DNA from: an uncultured Candidatus Saccharibacteria bacterium
GTDB taxonomy: Bacteria; Patescibacteriota; Minisyncoccia; Phycocordibacterales; CAIRYW01
Direction: 5' to 3'
DNA: 64,000 nt
Assembly: GCA_964386665.1 (NCBI GenBank)
Contig: CAYLQP010000002.1
Span: 105 to 64,104, forward strand
Program-made: the position numbers and the translations under genes
In this document: piece by piece, positions 29,459-39,162 of the stretch
Position numbering within the stretch: position 1 is the stretch's first letter
Layout: the number at the start of each line of letters is the position of its first letter
The notes under the pieces: model-generated
Database searches by the model: none
The model's input: only the letters and a program-made list of their open reading frames with translations
Told to the model about the DNA's origin: nothing

Positions 29459-30306
29459 TATTCTGGAAGATTATGTTCTGTAGTTGATAAAGTGAAGCTT
29501 CGAGCAATAAAATAGATTCCAATTGCAAGCAATAACCCTGAGAAGGCATACAACAAATCACCTACGTCTCCAGTATAGTATGTCCCGCTTTCAATTCGTG
29601 AAAAGAATACCAAGTCAGCAGCAACATTCACAATAAGTCCAAGCAAGAAAACTAATAATCCTTTAAATATTTTTCCTCCCGCAAGTCGAAGTGTTACAAC
29701 AACAACCGCAACCAAGATAATATCGGTAAATGTATATGCAACATCAAAAAATGATTTAAGAAATGTATCACCTCCTTCAAATGAAGGAAATGATAGCCCG
29801 AACACAAAAAACATTGCACTACTTGCTAAAAGCGCAAGGACAAATGCTTGAAACAACTTAAATTTAGTTGTAACAGAACGATAGACATTAAGTAAGTAAA
29901 GAACCCCTATACTCACAAAGTAATAAAAGAAAACATAAAAGAAATCGGCTGGAGCAGGATAAAGCTCACTTTGACCAAGAAGTGTTTCTGAGATAAACCA
30001 AGTAAAAAAACCAAGTGCATTAGCACAAAGCGCAAACCCAATGTACAGAAGTGATTTTCCTACCGCACCAGCAAACCCAAGTCGCTTTGAACCAACAAAG
30101 GCAGTAAATGCTCCCACAAGCATACTAATATGAATAAAATAAATCACATGATATTTAATCACATCATCAGAAACAATCGGATCAAGAAAATGAAACATTA
30201 AAAGCCAACCAAAAACATACCAAAGTAAAGAACCTATAATAAGTAAAACATAATGACCTTTATTAAATAGCATATATCTATTATAACACCCTATACAAAC
30301 TTGCAA
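29458..30306 (-). CDS. Polytopic membrane protein (7-8 TM), translationally coupled to the histidine kinase
   Basis: All hydrophobic helices. Its stop overlaps the histidine kinase start. Confidence 0.55.
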   Translation of the reverse strand: MQVCIGCYNRYMLFNKGHYVLLIIGSLLWYVFGWLLMFHFLDPIVSDDVIKYHVIYFIHISMLVGAFTAFVGSKRLGFAGAVGKSLLYIGFALCANALGFFTWFISETLLGQSELYPAPADFFYVFFYYFVSIGVLYLLNVYRSVTTKFKLFQAFVLALLASSAMFFVFGLSFPSFEGGDTFLKSFFDVAYTFTDIILVAVVVVTLRLAGGKIFKGLLVFLLGLIVNVAADLVFFSRIESGTYYTGDVGDLLYAFSGLLLAIGIYFIARSFTLSTTEHNLPE

Positions 30307-30329
30307 ACCCTCTTATCTTGAATATCTTT

Positions 30330-30923
30330 CTATTCTTGTTTTTGTGCTTCTGCCACGAAATACCCCTTTTCTTGTTTCAAAAGTGTATAATTTCCAAAAA
30401 GAGCTTCAAAATTCTTTTTGATAAAGAAATCCAGCCCCGCAATGGTCACCACAACAAACTTCCCTCCAACCTGTAAATGATCTTTTACCTGCGCAAAAAG
30501 AATCCAAAAAAATTCTTTTGATACCTTGGCAGGTAGATTTGAGACAATCAAATCGAATTTTTGCCCTTCTTTAATATGAGAAAAACCGTTTGAAAGATAG
30601 GTGTCAGCCTTCACATTGTTTAATAGAGCATTTTTGGCTGCATACTCTACCGCCACAAAGTCTTTGTCTACCATATGAACAACTTTGCTTTTGTATTTCT
30701 TTGCAAGTGCAATACCAACCGGTCCATACCCACATCCAATATCCAAAATAGCATCAGCTTTTGAGACTTGAATAGCTTCGAGCAACGCAATTGTTCCTTC
30801 ATCGATTCTTTCTGGACTAAAAAGTCCCCACGTCGTTTTAAACAAACATTTGTTTTGCAGAAGCGTTGCTTCTATTTCTCTATCTTTTTTGAGCTCTTCA
30901 ATTGGTATGTGTTTAGAAGACAT
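30330..30923 (-). CDS. Small-domain SAM-dependent methyltransferase (RsmC/RlmG-like)
   Basis: Motif I is ILDIGCGYGPVG. The motif IV-like LIVSNLPAK is an NPP variant. Confidence 0.7.
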   Translation of the reverse strand: MSSKHIPIEELKKDREIEATLLQNKCLFKTTWGLFSPERIDEGTIALLEAIQVSKADAILDIGCGYGPVGIALAKKYKSKVVHMVDKDFVAVEYAAKNALLNNVKADTYLSNGFSHIKEGQKFDLIVSNLPAKVSKEFFWILFAQVKDHLQVGGKFVVVTIAGLDFFIKKNFEALFGNYTLLKQEKGYFVAEAQKQE

Positions 30924-30941
30924 AAACTTTATGGTTATTTT

Positions 30942-31646
30942 TTATAATTCATCATCTGAAACATCATCAAAAGCCTTTTTGGCCGGTGTATTATAATTTA
31001 TGTCATACAAAATAATCTCATCTTTTTCCTCATCATATGACATATTTTTGGGAGTAATATCAACAAATTTTTCACCTAACACCTCAAAAATTTCACCTAA
31101 TCTTTTTTGAATTGACCGTTCTTTTTCTCTTAATGCGTTACACATACGTACATTTGAAGAAGACGATTCTGCTTCACTCAGTTTTTGATAAAGTAAAGAA
31201 AGATAATCACTCATTTTTCTTGAAGAAACAACAGTATTAAACTCAGAAACAACGTAACGTTCTCTCTTGATTTGATCATCATAGGCAAATATATATCTTA
31301 CAACTCTTACTCCTTTGACATTTTTTTGTTTCAATAAATCAGAAGCCTCATATCCAGCCTTAAACTCTGAAATCCCCCCCTGACTTACCTCTGAGGTAGT
31401 TTGTTTTATAAAAAATTTTTGATTAGTCCCATCTTGGTTTGGTATCTGTATACTGAAGTATGTTCTTGTTGGCTTTTTTTTCTTCTCATCAATCCATTCT
31501 TGTAAAACAGGATTATGATGTGATTCAAGTGCTTTACACACGTCTTGAATAATAGAAGGATGTTGATCATGCACGGCGGTAAATTCTGGAGCATAAACCA
31601 TGTTAAAACTTGGTCTTAACATCTCTCGAAATCCATTTTCGTTCAT
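30942..31646 (-). CDS. Hypothetical protein
   Basis: 234 aa, no recognised motif. 4-nt coupled to htpX upstream. Confidence 0.5.
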   Translation of the reverse strand: MNENGFREMLRPSFNMVYAPEFTAVHDQHPSIIQDVCKALESHHNPVLQEWIDEKKKKPTRTYFSIQIPNQDGTNQKFFIKQTTSEVSQGGISEFKAGYEASDLLKQKNVKGVRVVRYIFAYDDQIKRERYVVSEFNTVVSSRKMSDYLSLLYQKLSEAESSSSNVRMCNALREKERSIQKRLGEIFEVLGEKFVDITPKNMSYDEEKDEIILYDINYNTPAKKAFDDVSDDEL

Positions 31647-32563
31647 TTTTTGTAACTAAGTAAGGCTTGTATTCGCTCCTGTACTGGCGGGTGTGTCATA
31701 AACATCTTTGCAAGGAAGGATACTTTTTGCTCTTTGTCTGGCACCCCATCTCCATCTGCATCACCCCCAAGAGGGTTTGCAAGAAACATATGTGCAGTTG
31801 CTTTGTTCACACGACTAAGTGGTCCATGGTAATCAGAAATTTTGTGAAGGGCGCTCGCTAAGCCTTCTGGATAACGAGTAAGCAGTGCCCCAGTTGCGTC
31901 TGCAAGAAACTCTCTCTTTCGAGAAATTGCAAGTTGTATCAACGTTGCAATAAGAGGAGAAAGAATCATAAATACGATTCCAAGTATCGCAAAGAGAGGA
32001 TGTTTGTTTTCATTGTCTCGTCCTCCAAACATAGACATCCGCATCAACCAGTCCGCAATCATCGCAATTGACCCTACAAGCACCGCAACAACACTTTGAA
32101 GTAAGATATCCTTGTTACCAATATGAGCAAGTTCGTGCGCAACAACTCCTTCTAATTCACTGCGATCAAGTAAATTCAAAATTCCAGTTGTAAACGCGAC
32201 CGCCGCGTGGTTCTTGTTTCGTCCTGTTGCAAATGCATTTGGCGCAGAATCTTCTATCACATATACTCGTGGCTTTGGAAGTCCTGCAGTGATAGCAAGG
32301 TTTTCAACAAGTCGGTGAAGTTCTATGTATTCTTTACTATCAGCTTCTTTTGCACCATTGACTGCAAGCGCCAGTTTGTCTGAAAACCAGTAACTTCCGA
32401 TGTTCATCACAATACTAAAGATAACTGCACCATAGAGAATCCCTGGATTTCCATAATATGCACTTGCAAAGTATCCGATAGCTACAAAAAAACTCAAAAA
32501 CACCCCCATAAGCAAGATGGTTTTGAAATTGTTTTCTGATTTGTGAGTGTAAAGTGTTTTCAT
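31643..32563 (-). CDS. htpX: Zinc metalloprotease HtpX (M48)
   Basis: Two N-terminal TM helices, HELAHIGNKD (HExxH) and a downstream E. Confidence 0.88.
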   Translation of the reverse strand: MKTLYTHKSENNFKTILLMGVFLSFFVAIGYFASAYYGNPGILYGAVIFSIVMNIGSYWFSDKLALAVNGAKEADSKEYIELHRLVENLAITAGLPKPRVYVIEDSAPNAFATGRNKNHAAVAFTTGILNLLDRSELEGVVAHELAHIGNKDILLQSVVAVLVGSIAMIADWLMRMSMFGGRDNENKHPLFAILGIVFMILSPLIATLIQLAISRKREFLADATGALLTRYPEGLASALHKISDYHGPLSRVNKATAHMFLANPLGGDADGDGVPDKEQKVSFLAKMFMTHPPVQERIQALLSYKK

Positions 32564-32591
32564 ATTTTTATAGATCTAAACTTTTTTCATT

Positions 32592-32969
32592 TTATTTTTC
32601 GAAACCAGAATTACTATACGATACGCTTACTGAATATCCAGCAGATTCTTTTACAAAAGGACCTGTTTTAGTTTCATCTTTAATTATAACTACATCAAAC
32701 TTTCTTCCATTAACAGGATTATCAAAAGAAATAACCTCTTTTCTGCCAGCAGAAAAACGGTTTAGACTTTGATTTATTCCATCCAGTTTAGCCATAGCCT
32801 CTTCTGCAGATCCTTCAGTAAGTGCTTCATTTAATGCTGGACCAAGAGTAGGAAAAAGCTCATACATTTTATCCATTAATGCAAGTCTTTCTTCTCTTCT
32901 TGGATCCACTTCTTGAGGTTGATCTGTATCTTGTATAGGTTCTTGCCATCCTGGTTTTTCGTATCCCAT
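32592..32969 (-). CDS. Hypothetical protein
   Basis: 125 aa, acidic, no motif. It sits between lemA and htpX. Confidence 0.45.
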   Translation of the reverse strand: MGYEKPGWQEPIQDTDQPQEVDPRREERLALMDKMYELFPTLGPALNEALTEGSAEEAMAKLDGINQSLNRFSAGRKEVISFDNPVNGRKFDVVIIKDETKTGPFVKESAGYSVSVSYSNSGFEK

Positions 32970-33005
32970 ATATTAGTGCCAATTTAATAAATCTATATTC
33001 TATTC

Positions 33006-33566
33006 TTAGAATTTAACCTCCGGTACCTTCTGAGCCTCATCATTGTCTGGAAGATCAAAGAGATCCATTTTTCCAAATCCAAACATTTTTCCGATTACAT
33101 TTGATGGGAATGATTCTACTGCAATATTGAGATCTCGAACAGTTCCGTTATAAAACCGTCGTGATGCTTGTACTTTGTTTTCTGTGTCAGAAAGTTCTCG
33201 TTGAAGTTCTACGAAGTTACCACTCGCCTTAAGGTCTGGGTAATTTTCTGCTACTGCAAAAAGACTCTTGAGTGCTCCTGTAAGCCCTCCTTCTGCTTGT
33301 GCATGTTCTGCTGTTGGACCTGTTGATTGCATTGCTTTACTTCGAGCTTCTGTAAGCTTTTCAAGAACTCCTGCTTCGTGAGCGGCGTATCCTTTCACTG
33401 AGTTAATAAGGTTTGGGATCAAATCATACCGACGCTTTAGTTGCACTTCGATATCTGCCCACGCTTCCTTTGCTTGGTTTACAAGTCGAACAAATCGGTT
33501 ATAAAGTCCTACAACCATAAGAACTACTACCGCCAGAACAATTAAGACAATAACTAATGGTGACAT
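33006..33566 (-). CDS. lemA: LemA family protein
   Basis: N-terminal TM helix followed by NRFVRLVNQAKEAWADIEVQLKRRYDLIPNL, the LemA signature. Confidence 0.85.
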   Translation of the reverse strand: MSPLVIVLIVLAVVVLMVVGLYNRFVRLVNQAKEAWADIEVQLKRRYDLIPNLINSVKGYAAHEAGVLEKLTEARSKAMQSTGPTAEHAQAEGGLTGALKSLFAVAENYPDLKASGNFVELQRELSDTENKVQASRRFYNGTVRDLNIAVESFPSNVIGKMFGFGKMDLFDLPDNDEAQKVPEVKF

Positions 33567-33654
33567 AATAAATTTAAATTAAATGATAATGCGATATGCT
33601 CCCATTATAACATAAAAATCGAAAGTCAAACGAAATACGCTTATCTTTCATACC

Positions 33655-33690
33655 CTTTTCTATAAATTGACTTCCCTAACCCTTTTGTGA
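33655..33690 (+). promoter_or_regulatory. Candidate sigma70 promoter for secG
   Basis: TTGACT, an 18-nt spacer, then TGaTAGACT (extended -10-like), about 95 nt upstream of the secG ATG. Confidence 0.35.
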
Positions 33691-33781
33691 TAGACTTTCA
33701 AATAACAGCAAATCTCTCTTTAATCTTATAAAACTATCTTAAAGAGCGACATATTAATTATATAACCAACAAACACTTCGT

Positions 33782-34012
33782 ATGACTTCACTTACTCTTT
33801 CGTATATCCAAATCATTCTTTCAGTTATTATGGTGGGGCTTATTCTTCTTCAATATTCTGAAGCAGGTGCCGGAAGCGCCTTTGGAGGTGGAGATAACTT
33901 CTCTTCTGGATTCCATACTCGACGTGGAGCTGAAAAAGCAATCTTTTATACAACTATCGTTGTAGGTATTCTTTTCGTTGCATCAACATTTGCTGCTCTT
34001 ATTATTAAATAA
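33782..34012 (+). CDS. secG: Preprotein translocase subunit SecG
   Basis: 76 aa, two TM helices and a glycine-rich loop (LLQYSEAGAGSAFGGGDNF). Confidence 0.85.
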   Translation: MTSLTLSYIQIILSVIMVGLILLQYSEAGAGSAFGGGDNFSSGFHTRRGAEKAIFYTTIVVGILFVASTFAALIIK

Positions 34013-34048
34013 TTATAATCAAGAAGTTATTCTTGACCTCAATCTATC

Positions 34049-35788
34049 GTGACACAACCATCTGGGCAAATCCCAAAAGCTATGTCAGCTTTTTCTCGAA
34101 TCAAAACAAAAGGACTTGAAGCGTATCGTGCGTTTTCTTTTACTGAACAAATTATTTTTTATACACTTCTTGCAATCTTCACAGGAAGCACGCTCTTTCT
34201 ACTTGCAAAGGTAAATGAACAATTTACCGTAGAAGTTCCTCTTGCGGGAGGCACCATAAAAGAAGGTGTTGTTGGATATCCTCGATACATCAACCCTATT
34301 ATTTCAATTACAGACACTGGTAAGGATTTGAGTTTGCTTGTGTATTCCGGACTCCTCAAAGCTACTCCGGAAGGAAGTATCATTCCCGACCTTGCTGATA
34401 GCTATACTGTATCAGAAGACGGGCTTGAATATACTGTTATCTTAAAGGAAGATATTACGTTCCACGATGGCAAACCCGTTACCACAAAAGATGTTGATTT
34501 CACAATCAAAAAACTGCTCGACCCTGCTCTAAAAAGTCCAAAAGCACCGAACTGGAAAGGAGTAAGTGTTTCCGTTGTTGATGATAGAACCATTGTCTTC
34601 AACCTTAAAGCTCCTTACAGTCCTTTTCTCGAAAACTTAACCCTTGGAATCTTGCCAGAACACATTTGGAAAGATATTAATTCTGAAGGATTTGTGTTTA
34701 GTCAATTCAACATTGAACCTGTTGGATCTGGTCCATACAAAATTACTGAAATAAAACAAGATAAGTCTGGGCTCCCTGAGTATTACCATTTCGTACCTTT
34801 TAGTAAATACGCTTTGGGTAAACCATACATCAAAGACTTTTATACGTATTTTTTCACAAATGAAGAAAAGATGCTCGAAGCTTGGAATGACGGAATCATA
34901 GATCAAATGAATTCTATTTCTCCAGAAGTTGCCAAAAACATCACAACCAAGAAATCAGCACTTATCCATACTCCTCTCCCACGAATATTCGGACTATTCT
35001 TTAATCAAAACGAAGCGCCTGTATTTACCCACAAAGAAGTACGTCTTGCACTCAACACTGTCGTAAACCGTCAAGCAATTATCGACAACGTATTGTTTGG
35101 ATTTGGTACTGCATCATTTGGTCCATTTCCAACTCAAGGACAAAAAGATCTTGTACCTAAAGACACCGAAACTCTCATTACTATTGGACAAGAAATTCTC
35201 GAACGAAATGGTTGGACCAAAAATGCAGATAGTATTTACGAAAAGAAAGATAAGAAAGGAAGCACACTTTTAAGTTTCTCTATTTCGACTTCCGATACTC
35301 CAGAACTCAAAGCAACTGCATATCTCCTCAAAGATATTTGGACTAAACTTGGTGCACAGGTAGAAATAAAGATATTTGAACTTTCAGATCTTAACCAAAA
35401 CATTATCAGAGGACGTAAATATGATTCACTTCTCTTTGGACAATCAGTTGGAAGATACAATGACATCTTTGCCTTCTGGCATTCAAGCGAACGAAATGAT
35501 CCAGGACTCAATGTATCAATGTACACAAACTCAAAAGTAGATAAAATAATTGACGATTTACGCAAAACTACTTCCGAAGAAAAACGAGTGCAACTGTACG
35601 AAACATTTGAAAAAGAAATAACCAACGATATTCCTGCTGTATTTATTTATTCACCCGACTTTATTTACATTACTCACAAAAACATAAAAGGAGTTGAGAT
35701 TGATGGAATCGTAAGTGCATCAGAAAGATTTCTAAACATCCACAAGTGGTATACAGACACACAAAAAATTTGGAACATATTTAATTAA
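34049..35788 (+). CDS. ABC transporter substrate-binding protein, family 5 (Opp/Dpp-like), membrane-anchored
   Basis: N-terminal TM anchor and the SBP_bac_5 layout (GPYKITE...). No cognate permease or ATPase genes are adjacent. Confidence 0.75.
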   Translation: MTQPSGQIPKAMSAFSRIKTKGLEAYRAFSFTEQIIFYTLLAIFTGSTLFLLAKVNEQFTVEVPLAGGTIKEGVVGYPRYINPIISITDTGKDLSLLVYSGLLKATPEGSIIPDLADSYTVSEDGLEYTVILKEDITFHDGKPVTTKDVDFTIKKLLDPALKSPKAPNWKGVSVSVVDDRTIVFNLKAPYSPFLENLTLGILPEHIWKDINSEGFVFSQFNIEPVGSGPYKITEIKQDKSGLPEYYHFVPFSKYALGKPYIKDFYTYFFTNEEKMLEAWNDGIIDQMNSISPEVAKNITTKKSALIHTPLPRIFGLFFNQNEAPVFTHKEVRLALNTVVNRQAIIDNVLFGFGTASFGPFPTQGQKDLVPKDTETLITIGQEILERNGWTKNADSIYEKKDKKGSTLLSFSISTSDTPELKATAYLLKDIWTKLGAQVEIKIFELSDLNQNIIRGRKYDSLLFGQSVGRYNDIFAFWHSSERNDPGLNVSMYTNSKVDKIIDDLRKTTSEEKRVQLYETFEKEITNDIPAVFIYSPDFIYITHKNIKGVEIDGIVSASERFLNIHKWYTDTQKIWNIFN

Positions 35789-35802
35789 TAATCAAAACAC
35801 AT

Positions 35803-37791
35803 ATGACAGAACAACACAAAAAAGAAACTGGCGTTGAAGCAACTCCAGTAACAGGAGCACCGCAAAGAACAGTACGAAAACCGTTCCATGCAACAAGTAG
35901 TATCCTTAAACAAAAACCAGGGCAACACAAAACTCCTTCTCACACAGCTTCGCACTCACATAGCTCTTTTTCTTCGACTAAACATCCTCACCGATCTCAC
36001 TCACACAACAAACAACCTATGCGTCCACATGTTGTAGCCCCACACAAAGACACAAACAAACATACAACGATACAAAAACCGGTCTCAAAAAGTGCATCTA
36101 TCCCTCAACCTGCACCTGGAATCGTACGAATCATTCCACTTGGAGGTGTTGAAGAGGTAGGAAAAAATATGACTGCAATTGAAATCGGTAATGATATTAT
36201 CGTGATTGATGCAGGATTTGCTTTTGAAGATGATACAACTCCTGGAATCGACTATATCCTTCCGAACACAAAATACCTCGAGGAACGAAAAGATCGTGTT
36301 CGAGCAATCTTTATTACTCACGGACACCTCGACCACACAGGAGGAATTCCTTATATTATGGACCGAATCGGTAATCCTCCTCTGTATACTCGAAACCTTA
36401 CCGCTCTTATGATTAAGAAGCGTCAAACAGAATTTCCAAACGCACTTCCAATCGATTTTAAAATAGTTGAAAAAGACGAAGAGCTTACTGTTGGAAATAT
36501 CAGAGTGAAATTCTTTGGAGTAACTCACTCAATCCCTGATTGTATGGGAATAATGGTACGTACACCTTACGGAAACATCATCAACCCAGGAGACTACAAA
36601 CTTGACCACGAAGATGGTATTCCTGAAGCATATGAAGAAGCGATTTACAGTAAAGTGGCATCAGAGAAGACGCTTCTCCTTATGACTGACTCAACGAACA
36701 TTGAAAACCCAGGATTTTCTACTCCAGAAAAACTAGTCCACCAAAACCTTGCGGATATTATTCGTAACACAAAAGGACGTCTCATCCTCGCAATGTTTGC
36801 CTCGCACATCTCGCGAATCGTAAAAGTAATTGAAGCTGCCGAAGCGTGCAACAAACGTATTGTTGTTGAAGGGCGAAGTATGAAAAACAATATTGAAATC
36901 TGTAGAGAAGGACGTCTTATTGAAATCAAAAAAGATACCATCATTCCTGCTTCTGAAATCGATCAATATCCACCTGACCGAATCGTCATCCTCGCAACAG
37001 GAGGACAAGGAGAAGAGTTTTCAGCTCTTTCACGAATGGCTGCAAAGAACTTCAAATACATTCAACTTAACCCTCGAGACACAGTGGTACTTTCATCTTC
37101 TATTATCCCAGGAAACGAGCGAGCGGTTCAAAAACTCAAAGACAATCTTGCTCGAAACGGTATCAAGATCATCCACTACCGAACTTCTGATGTCTTTATT
37201 CACTCAACAGGACACGGAAACCGAGGTGAGATTGAATGGTTGCACCGAAAGCTCAAGCCTAAATTCTTTATCCCGATCCACGGAAACCATTATATGCTTC
37301 GACTCCACGCCGAGCTTGCAAAAGAAGTAGGGATGCCTGCCGAAAATATTGTTGTCCCTGACAACGGAATGATCATAGAAATCCAAGACAATGGTGAAAA
37401 GATTGTTGCACTCAAAGAAAAAGCACCTTCAGGACAAATGATGGTGGATGGATTTGCCATTGGTGATATGCAAGAAGTAGTAATCCGTGATCGACAATTA
37501 CTTGCTCAGGACGGAATGTTTGTGATCATCGCAACAGTGAACACAACAAATGGTAAGCTCAAAAAATCTCCTGATATTATTTCTCGAGGATTTGTATACT
37601 TGCGTGAAAACCAAGAACTTCTTCGACAAGCTCGTATTATCATCAAGAAGACCATAGAAGATAACACTGTAGGAATGCATCCAATCAACTTTGATCTTCT
37701 CAAAAATATCTTAACTGACAATATGAGTCGTTTCCTTTTCCAAAAAACAAACAAACGACCAATCGTGATCCCGGTTCTACTTGGAGTGTAA
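35803..37791 (+). CDS. rnj: Ribonuclease J
   Basis: Beta-lactamase/beta-CASP core (IIPLGGVEEVGKNMT...ITHGHLDHTGGIPY). The N-terminus has a low-complexity His/Ser-rich extension of about 100 aa. Confidence 0.9.
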   Translation: MTEQHKKETGVEATPVTGAPQRTVRKPFHATSSILKQKPGQHKTPSHTASHSHSSFSSTKHPHRSHSHNKQPMRPHVVAPHKDTNKHTTIQKPVSKSASIPQPAPGIVRIIPLGGVEEVGKNMTAIEIGNDIIVIDAGFAFEDDTTPGIDYILPNTKYLEERKDRVRAIFITHGHLDHTGGIPYIMDRIGNPPLYTRNLTALMIKKRQTEFPNALPIDFKIVEKDEELTVGNIRVKFFGVTHSIPDCMGIMVRTPYGNIINPGDYKLDHEDGIPEAYEEAIYSKVASEKTLLLMTDSTNIENPGFSTPEKLVHQNLADIIRNTKGRLILAMFASHISRIVKVIEAAEACNKRIVVEGRSMKNNIEICREGRLIEIKKDTIIPASEIDQYPPDRIVILATGGQGEEFSALSRMAAKNFKYIQLNPRDTVVLSSSIIPGNERAVQKLKDNLARNGIKIIHYRTSDVFIHSTGHGNRGEIEWLHRKLKPKFFIPIHGNHYMLRLHAELAKEVGMPAENIVVPDNGMIIEIQDNGEKIVALKEKAPSGQMMVDGFAIGDMQEVVIRDRQLLAQDGMFVIIATVNTTNGKLKKSPDIISRGFVYLRENQELLRQARIIIKKTIEDNTVGMHPINFDLLKNILTDNMSRFLFQKTNKRPIVIPVLLGV

Positions 37792-37805
37792 GGAGAACTT
37801 TACTC

Positions 37806-37841
37806 AAAAAGCCCCGCAAGCGAAGCTTGCGGGGCTTTTTT
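37806..37841 (+). terminator. Intrinsic terminator of rnj
   Basis: aaaaaGCCCCGCAAGCgaaGCTTGCGGGGCtttttt. Confidence 0.85.
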
Positions 37842-37861
37842 ATTTCCCCTATACTAGAGCA

Positions 37862-39040
37862 ATGTTTAAACCATTTTTAACCAAAGCAACCTCAAACAAA
37901 AAATTCCTCTATGTATTCATAGCGGGACTTTTTTTAGCATTTCATTATTACTTAATCGTCTATATCAATTCAACACTGCTTGGTCAATTCATTTCCACAG
38001 AAACACTTGGAACGATATATATTTCTGGTTCAATACTCCATATTTTACTCCTCCTTCAAATCCCAAAGCTTGCAAAGAAATTTGGTGTTTACCATCTCAT
38101 GCTTTTCTTTACCTCTTTTGAAATCTTATTTCTTACCATACTTGCTCTTTCACACACACCATCAATCCTCATTGGAACATTTATGCTCCATCATGCACTG
38201 AGTCCACTCCTACTCCTCTGTCTCAATATTTGTCTTGAAGACCAAACAAGCTTAGGACATATGGGCGAAACACGTGGGTTGTTTCTAAGTATCCTTTCAA
38301 TTGCTGCTGTTACTGCTCCTATTTTTTCTGGGACATTATTTGAAAGCTCAAATGGATTACGTCCAGTCTATCTTGTGTCGGCACTCTTTATGCTTTTATT
38401 TTTTTTCACAATACTCACCAACTTCAAACAAACTCGCTATGGTGAATACAAAAAAATTGATACCCTCGACTCAATCAAAGAATTACTTTCAAACAAAGAA
38501 CTCACTCTTATCAGCATCGCGGGGATTATGTTACAATTCTTGTTTTCTTGGCTTATCATTTATCTTCCTATTTATCTTCATAGTGAAATAGGTATCCCAT
38601 TTAAAGATATCGGTATACTTATTAGTATCACCTTGCTCCCCTTCTTGTTTTTAGAAATTCCTGTGGGAGAACTTGCAGATACAAAATACGGTGAAAAAGA
38701 ATTTTTGATTGGAGGAATGCTTACTTCTGCTATTGCTTTTTTTGCATTTCAATTTATCACAAGTAGCTCGATTGTGATCTGGGGCCTTATCGTTCTTCTG
38801 GCACGAACTGGCGCAAGTATTATGGAAACAGCTATTGAAACCTATTTCTACAAAAAAGCCAAAGGAAAAGACGAGCTTATTAGTGTTTTTAGTTTGGGTT
38901 CTCCAATTGCCTATATTATAGGTCCGCTCATAGGAAGTCTTACTCTTATATTTTTGCCATTCAAATCAATGTTTATAGTGCTTGCAGCAGTGTTAGTACT
39001 TGGAAGTATACTTATGTTTCGACTCAAGGATACGAAGTAA
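37862..39040 (+). CDS. MFS transporter
   Basis: 12 TM helices. I moved the start to MFKPFLTK, downstream of the rnj terminator. The track ORF begins inside rnj and spans the terminator. Confidence 0.7.
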   Translation: MFKPFLTKATSNKKFLYVFIAGLFLAFHYYLIVYINSTLLGQFISTETLGTIYISGSILHILLLLQIPKLAKKFGVYHLMLFFTSFEILFLTILALSHTPSILIGTFMLHHALSPLLLLCLNICLEDQTSLGHMGETRGLFLSILSIAAVTAPIFSGTLFESSNGLRPVYLVSALFMLLFFFTILTNFKQTRYGEYKKIDTLDSIKELLSNKELTLISIAGIMLQFLFSWLIIYLPIYLHSEIGIPFKDIGILISITLLPFLFLEIPVGELADTKYGEKEFLIGGMLTSAIAFFAFQFITSSSIVIWGLIVLLARTGASIMETAIETYFYKKAKGKDELISVFSLGSPIAYIIGPLIGSLTLIFLPFKSMFIVLAAVLVLGSILMFRLKDTK

Positions 39041-39162
39041 ACTAATTAACCTCATCTTTCACACACTCATTAAATACCTCAACTGATGTATTGTAATCCC
39101 GTATAGCATCTTCAAGTACCTCAAGGAGACTGTTATATTCCTTCACAAGCTCATTGTACATA

